A stretch of DNA of 61,963 bases from Candidatus Dadabacteria bacterium (GTDB lineage: Bacteria; Desulfobacterota_D; UBA1144; Nemesobacterales; UBA2774). Both the position numbers and the translations under genes were made by a program. The stretch lies in the NCBI GenBank assembly GCA_020849425.1, contig JADLGH010000084.1, positions 1 to 61,963 on the forward strand, in the 5' to 3' direction. Below the pieces are notes generated by a model. It was not told the origin of the DNA. It worked only from the letters and a program-made list of their open reading frames with translations, and ran no database searches. Positions 19,926 through 29,176 of the stretch are shown piece after piece (the stretch's first letter is position 1; each line of letters begins with the position of its first letter).

Positions 19926-20087
19926 ATGAACAAGAGAGGGAAGAAGAAGATAAAGGACCTCGTGGATATGCTCGAAGACCCGGAGAACTCGGGCTACATC
20001 GGCGGAGATTACGAGGACATGATGGAGCTTTTGGAGCAGGAGCTGGCCGAATCCGAGGAAGACGAAGATCAGGAAGAAAACGACTGA
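19926..20087 (+). CDS. Small highly acidic hypothetical protein (53 aa)
   Basis: ATG lies 8 nt after GGAGG. MNKRGKKKIKDLVDMLEDPENSG...ESEEDEDQEEND. Its 3' end overlaps the mnmG 3' end convergently. Confidence 0.4.
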   Translation: MNKRGKKKIKDLVDMLEDPENSGYIGGDYEDMMELLEQELAESEEDEDQEEND

Positions 20088-21982
20088 TCGGGCGTCTCTC
20101 TTTCCATATCACCCCGTTTTAAATAAACCATAAGAACAGAAATCGCGGCGGGCGTTATGCCGGAAATCCTGCTCGCCTGGCCGAGGGAGCCGGGACGCAC
20201 CCTTGAGAGCTTCTGTATTATTTCTTTCGAGAGGCCGGGGATATCGTCGTAAGAGAAGTCTTCGGGTATGCCGAGGTTTTCGACCTTCCTGAACTTCTCG
20301 ATCTGCTCGGTTTGCCGCTTGATATAGCCCTCGTATTTGACTTCCATCTCGATCTGCGTGAGGACGTCTTCCGAAAGCCGGGGGGCGGATTCGCCGCCGG
20401 GAAGGAGGGCGAGCGAGGAATAGGAAATCTCGGGGCGCCGGAGTATCTCTTTTAAGGACTGGGGCTTTTTTATTGTAGAAGAGCCGAGCGAAAGGAGTAT
20501 TTCGTTCGCGCGCGTGTCGGGCGTTATCTTTACGCTTTCGAGCCTCAGGAGCTCTTCTTCTGCCGCTGTCTTTTTGGCCCTCACTTTTTCGTAGCGCTCT
20601 CCGGAGAGAAGGCCGATGGCGTATCCCTTTTCGGAAAGCCTCATGTCGGCATTGTCTTCCCGGAGTAGGAGCCTGTATTCGGCCCTCGACGTGAACATCC
20701 TGTAGGGCTCGTCTACGCCCTTCGTGACGAGGTCGTCGATGAGTATGCCGAGGTAGGCCTCGGAGCGGTCGAGCACGAAGGGGTCCTCGCCCCTGACCCG
20801 GAGCGCGGCGTTGACGCCGGCCATGAGCCCCTGGCTCGCGGCCTCTTCGTATCCCGTGGTGCCGTTTACCTGCCCCGCGAAGTAGAGGTTGTCTACGAGC
20901 TTCGTTTCGAGAGTGGGCCTTAGCTGCGTCGGATCGACGTAGTCGTATTCTACCGCGTAGCCCGGCCTCATTATCTCGACGCCGGAAAGCCCGTCTATAG
21001 TCCTCACCAGCTCGTACTGGACTTCGAGCGGGAGGCTCGTCGATATGCCGTTCGGATAAATTTCGTACGTCGAGAGTCCTTCGGGCTCGAGGAATATCTG
21101 GTGCCTTTCCTTGTCCCGGAACTTAACCACTTTGTCTTCGATGGATGGACAGTAGCGCGGGCCGACGCCCTTTATCTCGCCGGAGTAGAGAGGGGATTTG
21201 TGGAGGTTATCGGTTATGACCCTGTGCGTTTTTTCGTTGGTGTACGTGATGTAGCAGGGGAGCTGTTCGCGCTCTATCGAATCCGTCCAGAAGGAAAAGG
21301 GCTTCGGGTTCTCGTCGCCGGGCTGGGGCTCGAGGGCACTCCAGTCTATTGTCCTGCCGTCGAACCTCGGCGGGGTGCCGGTTTTGAGACGGCCCATTTT
21401 GAATCCGAGGCTGCCGAAGGAGTCGGATATGCCGACCGCCGCGGCCTCGCCGGCCCTGCCGGAGGATATCTTAGTCGGCCCGATGTGTATGAGGCCGTTA
21501 GGGAACGTGCCGGGGGTGACAACGACGGCGGCTGAATAGAAATGCTCGCCGAGCGTCGTCTTGACGCCGCATACCGCGCCGCCCTTCACGAGAAAGCCCT
21601 CGGCCATGCGCTGCTTTATGTCGAGGTTCTTTTGCGCTTCGAGGGCTGATTTCATGTAGGCCCTGTAGAGCTGCCTGTCGGCCTGTATACGGGTCGCCTG
21701 GACTGCCGCCCCCTTACGGGTATTGAGCCTTCGGAACTGTATAGCCGAATGGTCGGCGGCAAGCGCCATCTCGCCGCCCAGGGCGTCGATCTCCTTAACG
21801 AGGTGTCCCTTGCCGACTCCACCAACGGAGGGGTTACACGACATGAGGCCGATAGTGTCTATATTAGCCGTGAGGACGAGCGTCCTGCAGCCCATACGCG
21901 CGCACGCGAGCGCAGCCTCGCAGCCGGCGTGACCGGCCCCTATGACGATGACGTCGTAATTCCGCGGATAATCGATGCTCAA
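20069..21982 (-). CDS. mnmG: tRNA uridine 5-carboxymethylaminomethyl modification enzyme MnmG (GidA)
   Basis: 637 aa. YDVIVIGAGHAGCEAALACARMG and full-length MnmG similarity. TTG start. Confidence 0.97.
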   Translation of the reverse strand: MSIDYPRNYDVIVIGAGHAGCEAALACARMGCRTLVLTANIDTIGLMSCNPSVGGVGKGHLVKEIDALGGEMALAADHSAIQFRRLNTRKGAAVQATRIQADRQLYRAYMKSALEAQKNLDIKQRMAEGFLVKGGAVCGVKTTLGEHFYSAAVVVTPGTFPNGLIHIGPTKISSGRAGEAAAVGISDSFGSLGFKMGRLKTGTPPRFDGRTIDWSALEPQPGDENPKPFSFWTDSIEREQLPCYITYTNEKTHRVITDNLHKSPLYSGEIKGVGPRYCPSIEDKVVKFRDKERHQIFLEPEGLSTYEIYPNGISTSLPLEVQYELVRTIDGLSGVEIMRPGYAVEYDYVDPTQLRPTLETKLVDNLYFAGQVNGTTGYEEAASQGLMAGVNAALRVRGEDPFVLDRSEAYLGILIDDLVTKGVDEPYRMFTSRAEYRLLLREDNADMRLSEKGYAIGLLSGERYEKVRAKKTAAEEELLRLESVKITPDTRANEILLSLGSSTIKKPQSLKEILRRPEISYSSLALLPGGESAPRLSEDVLTQIEMEVKYEGYIKRQTEQIEKFRKVENLGIPEDFSYDDIPGLSKEIIQKLSRVRPGSLGQASRISGITPAAISVLMVYLKRGDMERETPDQSFSS

Positions 21983-22065
21983 GATTCAAGACCCCCGAAA
22001 GGAGAGAAGTGTAAATACTGAGCGGGCGGGCGTCAATCGGAGGGAGGGGGGAGAGATTAAATATA

Positions 22066-22093
22066 GATTTCTCGCGATGCTCGAAATGACAAA
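22066..22093. repeat. Short dispersed motif gatttctcgcgatgctcgaaatgacaaa
   Basis: A second, interrupted copy lies at 22181-22217 (gattcctcgctcgctcgaaa[tcgttggg]aatgacaaa). Confidence 0.5.
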
Positions 22094-22180
22094 TTATAAA
22101 GACGAGATCCTGAATATTTTGATTTGATACGCTATGGAGCCGTACTATATGAGCTTCCGTGCAGTCGGTCCGTGGCGTCC

Positions 22181-22217
22181 GATTCCTCGCTCGCTCGAAA
22201 TCGTTGGGAATGACAAA
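22181..22217. repeat. Second copy of the gattyctcgc...gctcgaaatgacaaa motif
   Basis: See 22066-22093. Confidence 0.5.
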
Positions 22218-22279
22218 CTAAAAAAGTTAAATCCCCCCTATGCTCCCCCCTTTTTCTAAGGGGGGATGAAAAAATCAAA

Positions 22280-22560
22280 GGCAATGGCGCCCCTATGTCG
22301 TGTTCCTGCACGCGTGGCGGACACGTGGTGTCTTCTTAGACGTAGCGTGTTCGGAGGTTACAGGGCGGTGGACGCGCGGAGGGCGATAGAGGCAACGATG
22401 CCGATGCCGCTATGCCTGATTCCTGCACGCGTGGCGGACGCGTGGTGTCTTTTTAGACATAGCGCGTTAGGAGGTTACAGGGCGCGGACGCGCGGAGAGG
22501 AATAAGGGCAATGGCGCTGCTACGTCGTTTGTCAGCGCACACGGTGCGTCGGGTGTGGTA
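22280..22560. repeat. Tandem repeat, ~111-116-bp unit, about 2.5 copies
   Basis: Units start at 22280, 22391 and 22507 (ggcaatggcgc...). The core cctgcacgcgtggcggacrcgtggtgtctty ttagacrtagcg is conserved between copies 1 and 2. Copy 3 is degenerate. Confidence 0.8.
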
Positions 22561-22592
22561 GAATGCTAGTCCATTCTAAAAGGAGAGAGCCG

Positions 22593-22922
22593 TTGTCGAG
22601 AACGAGAGAGATATTCGAAAAGGTGGACAGGAAATTAAAGGAGAGGGCGGACGAGTACAGGGACGTCGGGGCTCTCTATAAAATCGTTCTCGGCGGCGCG
22701 GACGGGGGAACGTGGCTCATAGATCTCAGGCCCGGGTCGATAGGGGTGAGGGAAGAGGGAGGCGAAGCGGAATGCACCATAGAGACCAGGGACGAGCACT
22801 TCGTAAACCTCTTCGACGGCAAGCTCTCGCCGGAGAACGCGCTCCTTACGGGGAAGGTGAAAATTTCGGGCGACATGCTCCTGGCGATGCGGTTCGGGGA
22901 GCTTTTGAAGAAGAGCAGGTAA
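22593..22922 (+). CDS. SCP2 sterol-binding domain protein
   Basis: TTG at 22593 lies 6 nt after AGGAGA. GALYKIVLGGADGGTWLIDL...FVNLFDGKLSPENALLTGKVKISGDMLLAMRF is SCP2-like. Confidence 0.75.
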   Translation: MSRTREIFEKVDRKLKERADEYRDVGALYKIVLGGADGGTWLIDLRPGSIGVREEGGEAECTIETRDEHFVNLFDGKLSPENALLTGKVKISGDMLLAMRFGELLKKSR

Positions 22923-22941
22923 GCCCCGGCGGTCCGGGCGC

Positions 22942-23811
22942 CTAGTAGCCGTAAGCCTTCAGCCTGTCGGAAATCCGTATCGAATATTCCTTGAGCTCGG
23001 GGTCCTTGAGGAACGCGAGGCGGCGTGTTTCGTTTACGCCCCCGGCGGTCTTTTCTATCGACATGGGGGCGGGACAGAGCCCGCAGAAATCGGACAGCGA
23101 TTTAAGGACGGGGACCGGGCCCGCGAGAAAGTCTTCGTACCTGACCTCGATGGCCCTGTCGCCGAGCCCGGAGACGTGTCTGCGGGCTTCGGCCATGTAT
23201 TCCTCCCACATCAGCATCCCCTCTTCGAGCGAGGCGCCCCGAAGGTCCGTAAAGACCCTTCCCGTACCCATGTGGCGGCGTACCAGGAAATATTTGTAGA
23301 GCGTTCCGGACAAGCCGCCCTTTTCCTTGAGCCGCGATAGCCCCTTTCTTCGCCTCGTCCTGAGGCTGTTTACAATGTCGAGGGGGTGCCTGTATATGTG
23401 GATTATCCTCGCGCCGGGGAAGCGGTCGAGCCAGACGGGCAGGGTGAATGTGTTACGCGGGTCTTTCCACCCCCAGGGTACGTCGAGCGCGGCCGGGGTG
23501 CGGTATTTGAGGTAATCGGCGAGTCCGAGGAAAGAAATCGCCCCGGGTGTTTTCATGGTGAATTCAACGAACCCGCCGTAGAGGGCCCTGGCCTCGGGGT
23601 CTTCGAGGAGGTACCTGATAACGCCCGGGTTTTCGAGGCCGCCGCTGCACTGCGTCAGGAGCCAGTCGTTTATCTTCCTGAAGAATACGGCTTCGTGGTT
23701 GTCGGTGAGTTTCTTGCCCGAGTAGAGACCGAGCTCGTCCAGCATCTTCGTGAGCATGGTCGTTCCTGAACGGCTCATCCCGATTACTATGACGGGGGGG
23801 ACGGGTTTCAT
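22942..23811 (-). CDS. Sulfotransferase family protein
   Basis: N-terminal PAPS-binding loop VIVIGMSRSGTTML. 289 aa. Confidence 0.8.
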   Translation of the reverse strand: MKPVPPVIVIGMSRSGTTMLTKMLDELGLYSGKKLTDNHEAVFFRKINDWLLTQCSGGLENPGVIRYLLEDPEARALYGGFVEFTMKTPGAISFLGLADYLKYRTPAALDVPWGWKDPRNTFTLPVWLDRFPGARIIHIYRHPLDIVNSLRTRRRKGLSRLKEKGGLSGTLYKYFLVRRHMGTGRVFTDLRGASLEEGMLMWEEYMAEARRHVSGLGDRAIEVRYEDFLAGPVPVLKSLSDFCGLCPAPMSIEKTAGGVNETRRLAFLKDPELKEYSIRISDRLKAYGY

Positions 23812-23945
23812 TTCAATAGGGAAATTACACTATACGGCGCGCAAACACAATCGGCCGGGGGCGGGTTTCCACTGCCCGCCGGGCCTCGTACGCAAGCTTT
23901 CGAGCGTGATGGTCCGGCGCAGCCCCGGACCGTTTACCTGGGGCG

Positions 23946-25136
23946 TCAGCGCGCGAGGAAGCTTCTCAGTACCTCGCCCATTTCGGACGTGGCCAGCTTT
24001 TCGAGCGCCCTCTTTTCTATCTGCCTGATGCGTTCCCTCGTGAGATCGAACCTGCGGCCTATCTCGTCGAGGGTGTACGTACAGTCCTGGTCGATGCCGA
24101 ACCTGAGCCTGATTATCTCTTCTTCCCTGGGCGTCAGGATGTTGAGCGCGTCCCTTATTTCGTGGGTGAGCGCGGTGCTCGCCATTATGGAATCGGGCGC
24201 CGGGGATTTGTCGTCGGATATGAAATCGAGGAGGGTCGTCTTCTCGCCGTCGAGTATGGGGGTATCGAGCCTTGCGGCGTCGTTCGTGGATTCGAGAATC
24301 CTCTTTACGCCCTCGACCGATATGCCCGCCACCTCGGCTACCTCTTCGGGAAGGGGCTTTCTGCCCATTTCCTTATGAAGCATGGAGCTTATCCTGTAGA
24401 CCTTGCTGGCCTGTTCGAGAACGTAGACGGGGACCCTGATGGTCCTGGTCTGGTCGAGAAGGGCCCTCGAGATCGCCTGGTGTATCCACCACGAGGCATA
24501 GGTGGAGAACTTGTATCCCTTGGTGTGGTCGAACCTTTCCACCGCGCGCATGAGGCCGACGTTGCCCTCCTGTATGAGGTCGGTGAGGGGAAGGCCCCTT
24601 CCCATGTACCTCTTGGAGATGCTGACGACGAGCCTGAGGTTGGCCTTGACGAACCTTTCCTTGAGCTCGCAGGCGCGCTCGGAGAAAACCTTTATGAAAG
24701 CCATGAAGCTCTCGATGCGTTTCGTGAGCTCATTCTCGTCGACCGCTCCCCTGGCGGGTTTTCCGGCCGAAATAGCGCTTCTCTTCTTGGCGAGCTTTTC
24801 GATGTTGAGGGTGAGCTCTTTTGCCTTGGCTTCGCACTTTTTAATCTGTGCGGAGACTTCTATCTCTTCCTTGGCGGTGAGAAGGGATTCTACGGCCATA
24901 TCCTTGAAATAGACGTAAAGGAGCCTGAACTGCTCGTCGGGCGTCCATTCTTCTTCGTGGTCGTCTTCGGCGGAGGTGTCCTCCACCTCGAAGCTAAAGT
25001 CCGATTCTTCACTTTCTAGGTCGTTATCACCGAATCCCAGTGACGAATATGATTCTTCTTCCTGCTCGTTGAAGTCGCTCATGTTATCCATTTCGGACGC
25101 AACATGGTCTACCTCTCTGAATTTAGCCGATTTCAT
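23946..25136 (-). CDS. rpoD: RNA polymerase sigma factor, RpoD/SigA family
   Basis: Regions 1.2, 2, 3 and 4 are present ([41 protein letters not shown]; [24 protein letters not shown]). Acidic N-terminus. The ATG at 25136 lies 8 nt after GAAGG. Confidence 0.9.
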   Translation of the reverse strand: MKSAKFREVDHVASEMDNMSDFNEQEEESYSSLGFGDNDLESEESDFSFEVEDTSAEDDHEEEWTPDEQFRLLYVYFKDMAVESLLTAKEEIEVSAQIKKCEAKAKELTLNIEKLAKKRSAISAGKPARGAVDENELTKRIESFMAFIKVFSERACELKERFVKANLRLVVSISKRYMGRGLPLTDLIQEGNVGLMRAVERFDHTKGYKFSTYASWWIHQAISRALLDQTRTIRVPVYVLEQASKVYRISSMLHKEMGRKPLPEEVAEVAGISVEGVKRILESTNDAARLDTPILDGEKTTLLDFISDDKSPAPDSIMASTALTHEIRDALNILTPREEEIIRLRFGIDQDCTYTLDEIGRRFDLTRERIRQIEKRALEKLATSEMGEVLRSFLAR

Positions 25137-25202
25137 CTCACACACCTTCAGTCGTGGTTTTAGTTTGAGTCGTATAAATGCAACCCGGAGCCCAACTCTA
25201 TT

Positions 25203-25231
25203 ACTATAAGTTTAGCATATGTGCTTGTCAA
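25203..25231 (-). promoter_or_regulatory. Candidate sigma70-type promoter TTGACA-17-TATAGT for the sigma factor gene
   Basis: Minus strand: TTGACA (25231-25226), 17-nt spacer, TATAGT (25208-25203). Confidence 0.4.
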
Positions 25232-25337
25232 GTATTTTCTTCGCAAACGCAAAAAAAACCGGCGGACAGAAATTTTATAATAATCAGGGCGCATAAAACA
25301 CACTTTTGTCGGTTTCTATAGGCAGAAGGCAGTGATT

Positions 25338-26153
25338 TTAGTTTGCATTTTGTGTATCGGATCCCTTATTGGAACCGGGTGATTTTTGCCAGGATTCGTT
25401 GACGGCCGTCTTCTGGCCGAGGGTTTCTACAAAGGCTTCGGCGCCTTCCCTCTTTTTGAATACGGCAGCCTGGCTCCACGCCTGCTCGATGCTTCCATAT
25501 TTGCCGATTTTAACCAGGGTCCACTTTTCGCCCCGGGAGTTTTCTATCTCGACCGTGTACGCGTTGTATCCCTTCCCCCTGTATTCGTTAACTAATTTCC
25601 GGGCCTCGCCGGGGGTGGCGAAGGCCGCGACCTGGAGCGTATAACTTTCACCGGCGGAAGGCTTTTTTTCGGCCTCCCCCGGGGCCGCTTCCCCTTCGGG
25701 CGCTGCCGTATCGGGCGAAAGGACAGTGACTTCTTCCGAGCCCTCCGTTGTCGGGGAAAGCCTTTCGGGGCTTATGGAGGTGAGGCCGACTTCGGCCGTA
25801 TCCGCCGCTTCTCCTTCCCCGGCGGCCGTGCTCCCGCCGCCTTCGACTATTGTTACGGCCTCGTAGGGGCTATTTTCCCCGTCGCCGGAGGAAGCCGCCA
25901 TCCTTCCGGCAAAGCCCGGGGATGTGTCGCCGGGCCCGGCCGCGCTCCGCGATATCGTTTCCCGGGTTTCGGTAACGGCCGCAACCGGCTCGGCAGCCTC
26001 TTTTTCTCCCCAAAGCCCGGTATCATCGAGCTTCGTGCCGACGTATACGCCGGCGGCGAACACGATGAGCAGCAGGAGCAAAGACCCGCCCCCCGAACCC
26101 CGTCTTCTCCTGCTCGAATCGGCAAGGATAAGTTTTGGCCTGATCTCTCCCAT
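25338..26153 (-). CDS. SPOR domain protein (membrane-anchored, peptidoglycan-binding)
   Basis: Start at ATG 26153; the longer ORF would run into the tRNA gene. One TM segment, an Ala/Glu/Pro-rich linker, and a C-terminal SPOR fold (YTLQVAAFATPGEARKLVNEYRGKGYNAYTV). Confidence 0.8.
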   Translation of the reverse strand: MGEIRPKLILADSSRRRRGSGGGSLLLLLIVFAAGVYVGTKLDDTGLWGEKEAAEPVAAVTETRETISRSAAGPGDTSPGFAGRMAASSGDGENSPYEAVTIVEGGGSTAAGEGEAADTAEVGLTSISPERLSPTTEGSEEVTVLSPDTAAPEGEAAPGEAEKKPSAGESYTLQVAAFATPGEARKLVNEYRGKGYNAYTVEIENSRGEKWTLVKIGKYGSIEQAWSQAAVFKKREGAEAFVETLGQKTAVNESWQKSPGSNKGSDTQNAN

Positions 26154-26172
26154 CGGCTTATCCGCTATGCTC

Positions 26173-26257
26173 TGCCGAAGGGGGGATTTGAACCCCCACG
26201 AGCTTTCACCCACTGGATCCTGAATCCAGCGCGTCTACCAAGTTCCGCCACTTCGGC
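26173..26257 (-). tRNA. tRNA-Leu (anticodon CAG)
   Basis: Folded by hand. Acceptor GCCGAAG/CTTCGGC, D arm GCG-GAACTTGGTAGA-CGC, anticodon arm CTGGA-TTCAGGA-TCCAG, long variable arm, T arm GGGGG-TTCAAAT-CCCCC, discriminator A. CCA is not encoded. Confidence 0.9.
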
Positions 26258-26401
26258 TTTATAGCTGTTATTTATTAAAACCCAGACGGCTTAATGTTAT
26301 CACACATCTCCCCGGCCTTCCATAGTATAGGGGGAAATATGGGGAAGCCGTGTGCGAATGCAGGCTCCCGACATTACAATATTAAGGTGTCCGCGCGGGA
26401 A

Positions 26402-26914
26402 TCAGGGGTTACCCCAGGAAATTATACGAACGGGGGTTATGCGGATCACCGGAAGCCCGGCGTCTTCGAGGCCCATTTCCTTATATTGAGGGTATTTCGC
26501 GGAAAGGGCGCGGAGGGACGCCTCGTATTCGCTCCCACCGGATATAACCTCGGCGCGGCCGTTGATTATAAGGTAGTAGAGATTCCGCCAGTCTTCCGAA
26601 TATTCGTCTATAACCAGGGATATACAGGGGTTGGCCGAGATGTTTTTTACGCGCCGGAGTCTTTTCCATTCCGCTTTTTTGGGCTTTTTGTCGAGGGGGG
26701 TGTATATAAAAGGCCGGGCATACACGAAACAGACCGGAACGGCCAGAGGCTCCCCGGCAGGGGTCGCGGTCGCCATCCTCGCGACCCTCGCTGAAAGCAA
26801 TATTTCGATTTCCGAAGCCGAGGGCGTTATGTGCAACTTAAACTTGAATTCTCCACGTTCTATTTTATAATACCTTGTTTTCCGGTCGGAAGAATATGCT
26901 CTTTTAGGCTTCAT
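26402..26914 (-). CDS. Pyridoxamine 5'-phosphate oxidase family protein (possibly an F420/FMN-binding split-barrel)
   Basis: 170 aa. ...ARMATATPAGEPLAVPVCFVY...ISLVIDEYSEDWRNLYYLIINGRAEV resembles the PPOX split-barrel family. Confidence 0.7.
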   Translation of the reverse strand: MKPKRAYSSDRKTRYYKIERGEFKFKLHITPSASEIEILLSARVARMATATPAGEPLAVPVCFVYARPFIYTPLDKKPKKAEWKRLRRVKNISANPCISLVIDEYSEDWRNLYYLIINGRAEVISGGSEYEASLRALSAKYPQYKEMGLEDAGLPVIRITPVRIISWGNP

Positions 26915-26924
26915 GTGAGCTCAA

Positions 26925-27866
26925 ATGGACAATGCAAAGATTTTCTGCGGGACTTCTAACGTCCCCCTGGCTAAGGCTGTCTGCGAGTACCTGGACGTAC
27001 CGCTCGGACAGGCGGAGCTCAGGCGTTTCAGCGACGGCGAGATATTCGCCGAGATATCGGAAAGCGTGAGGGGCTCGCACGTATTCGTCATACAATCGAC
27101 GTGCCCGCCCGTAAACGAGCATATAATGGAGCTCCTTATAATAACGGACGCGCTCAAGAGGGCTTCGGCCAGGGCGATAACGGCCGTTATCCCGTATTAC
27201 GGCTACGCGCGGCAGGACAGGAAAGTCCAGCCGAGGGCCCCGATATCGGCTAAATTAGTCGCGGACCTCGTCACGACGGCAGGTATCAGCAGGGTCGTGA
27301 CGGTGGACGTTCACGCCGGGCAGATACAGGGGTTCTTCAACATCCCCGTCGACCACATATTCGCGGCCCCTATATTCATACGTCACATAAAAGAGAAGTA
27401 CGCCGGGGAGGATATCGTCATCGTTTCACCCGACGCCGGCGGCATGGAAAGGGCCAGGTCCTATGCGAAGATGCTCGATGCCGCCCTGGCCATGACCGAC
27501 AAGAGACGGCCCAACCCGAACGTTGCGGAAATCATGAACGTGATCGGGGACGTCGAGGGGAAGACGGCCATACTCGTGGACGACCTCGTGGACACGGCAG
27601 GGACGGCGATCCAGGCGGGAAAGGCCATTTTGAGAGAGGGGGCGAAGCGGGTTTCGCTCTGCAGCACGCACGGGGTTCTTTCAGGCAACGCGATACAGCG
27701 AATAACCGAATCCTCGCTCGAAGAAATCATACTTACAGATACCATTCCACAGACGCAGCATGCTGCCGATTGTGATAAAATCAGGGTAATAAGCATTGCA
27801 AATCTCCTCGGGGAGGCTATAAAGAGGATAGCCACCGGGGAATCCATAAGCAGTCTTTTCAACTAA
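26925..27866 (+). CDS. prs: Ribose-phosphate pyrophosphokinase
   Basis: 313 aa. FSDGEI...YYGYARQDRK...DLHA-type motifs and the PRPP loop VDDLVDTAGT. Confidence 0.97.
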   Translation: MDNAKIFCGTSNVPLAKAVCEYLDVPLGQAELRRFSDGEIFAEISESVRGSHVFVIQSTCPPVNEHIMELLIITDALKRASARAITAVIPYYGYARQDRKVQPRAPISAKLVADLVTTAGISRVVTVDVHAGQIQGFFNIPVDHIFAAPIFIRHIKEKYAGEDIVIVSPDAGGMERARSYAKMLDAALAMTDKRRPNPNVAEIMNVIGDVEGKTAILVDDLVDTAGTAIQAGKAILREGAKRVSLCSTHGVLSGNAIQRITESSLEEIILTDTIPQTQHAADCDKIRVISIANLLGEAIKRIATGESISSLFN

Positions 27867-27888
27867 AGAACCGGAGGGGTGCTAAGAC

Positions 27889-28554
27889 ATGGCACAGAGC
27901 ACATTAGAGGTAACGCTGAGAGAAAAAGCCGGCAAAAGCGGCGCAAGAAGAACCAGGAAGGAGGGCAATGTGCCCGGAGTGCTTTACGGGAAGGGAATCG
28001 AGTCCGTATCGATTACGGTGAACCCCGGGGCGCTGAGGCAGGCCCTTTCGACCGAGGCGGGCGAGAACACGCTCCTCGACATCAATTACAAGGACGGCGA
28101 AAAGAGCGTATCCAGGCTGTCCATTTTGAGCGCCACGCAGTACGACTTTCTTACTAACAAGCCGCTTCACTTCGACTTTCACGCCCTGGACGTAAACAAG
28201 AAGATAACCGTGAACGTGCCGGTGAGGATTTCGGGAAAGGCCAAAGGCGTCAAGGAAGGGGGAATACTCGAAGAAATTTTAAGGGAAATACCGGTCGAGT
28301 GTCTGCCGAAGGACATACCGAACTCGTTCGAAGTGGACGTGACCGACCTCGAAGTCGGGAACTCCGTACATGTCGGAATCCTGAAGACCTCGGACGCAAT
28401 AACGCTGCTGAAAGACGATTCCGAGGCGATAGTCACGGTTCTCGCTCCGAAGCTCGACGCCAGGACGGAGGAAGAGGTCGCAGCGGAGGCTGCTGCAGCG
28501 GAAGAGGAAGGCGAGGAAGAGGCCGAGGGCAAGGACGAAGGTCAGTCGGAATAA
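27889..28554 (+). CDS. rplY: 50S ribosomal protein L25 / general stress protein Ctc
   Basis: RKEGNVPGVLYGKG..., a long Ctc form with an acidic tail. Conserved prs-ctc-pth order. Confidence 0.92.
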   Translation: MAQSTLEVTLREKAGKSGARRTRKEGNVPGVLYGKGIESVSITVNPGALRQALSTEAGENTLLDINYKDGEKSVSRLSILSATQYDFLTNKPLHFDFHALDVNKKITVNVPVRISGKAKGVKEGGILEEILREIPVECLPKDIPNSFEVDVTDLEVGNSVHVGILKTSDAITLLKDDSEAIVTVLAPKLDARTEEEVAAEAAAAEEEGEEEAEGKDEGQSE

Positions 28555-29130
28555 ATGAAATTAGTTGCGGGCCTCGGCAACCCTGGGAAAGAGTACGCTT
28601 CCACGAAGCATAACCTCGGTTTCCTTGCAGTCGATGAAATTGCACGCAGGGCGGGCATCGACCTTACGAAAAAGAAGTTCAGGGGCAGTTACGGTGAAGG
28701 GTTTTTATCGGGGGAGAAGCTGATCCTCCTCAAGCCGGAAACCTATATGAACAGGAGCGGCGAGGCGGTGTCGGAGGCTGCGGTTTTCTATAACGTATCT
28801 CCACCGGACATTATCGTCATTCACGACGAAATGGACCTCCCGTCAGGCACAGTGAGGGTTAAGGCGGGGGGGGGGAGCGCGGGGCATAACGGCATAAGGT
28901 CGATAATTGACAGGCTCGGAAGCCACGAATTCATAAGGGTGAGAATGGGGATAGGCAAGCCGGGGGAAAAATCGAAGGGGGTTTCACACGTGCTTTCGAA
29001 GTTCGGCGGCGGTGAGAGCGACGCAGTGAAGACGTCGGTCGAAACGGCCGCCGACGCGGTATTTGAATTAATCGAGAGCGGGCTCGAACGGACTATGAAC
29101 AAGTTCAACGTCAGGTCCGCCGAGAACTAA
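28555..29130 (+). CDS. pth: Peptidyl-tRNA hydrolase
   Basis: MKLVAGLGNPGKEYASTKHNLGF...GHNGIRSI. The ATG directly follows the rplY TAA stop (28552-28554). Confidence 0.95.
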   Translation: MKLVAGLGNPGKEYASTKHNLGFLAVDEIARRAGIDLTKKKFRGSYGEGFLSGEKLILLKPETYMNRSGEAVSEAAVFYNVSPPDIIVIHDEMDLPSGTVRVKAGGGSAGHNGIRSIIDRLGSHEFIRVRMGIGKPGEKSKGVSHVLSKFGGGESDAVKTSVETAADAVFELIESGLERTMNKFNVRSAEN

Positions 29131-29176
29131 TTGTTCAGAAGTAAAATCCTATTACTCGATAAAGGAGGTATAATCG

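Noticed and set aside
22266-22505. 79-aa ORF (MKKSKAMAPLCRVPARVADTWCLLRR...) spanning the tandem repeat
   Set aside because: The Arg/Cys/Trp-rich composition is typical of out-of-frame GC-rich DNA. The two repeat copies differ mostly by non-synonymous changes. There is no SD, so it is treated as non-coding repeat DNA.
22280-22560. Possible CRISPR array
   Set aside because: Units of ~111-116 bp abut each other with no unique spacers. There are only 2.5 copies and no cas genes in the window.
21983-22592. oriC, because it lies next to mnmG/gidA in a long intergenic region
   Set aside because: I found no TTATCCACA/TGTGGATAA DnaA boxes (only a weak tgtggtaga) and no clustered AT-rich 13-mers. 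No dnaA, dnaN or parAB is nearby.
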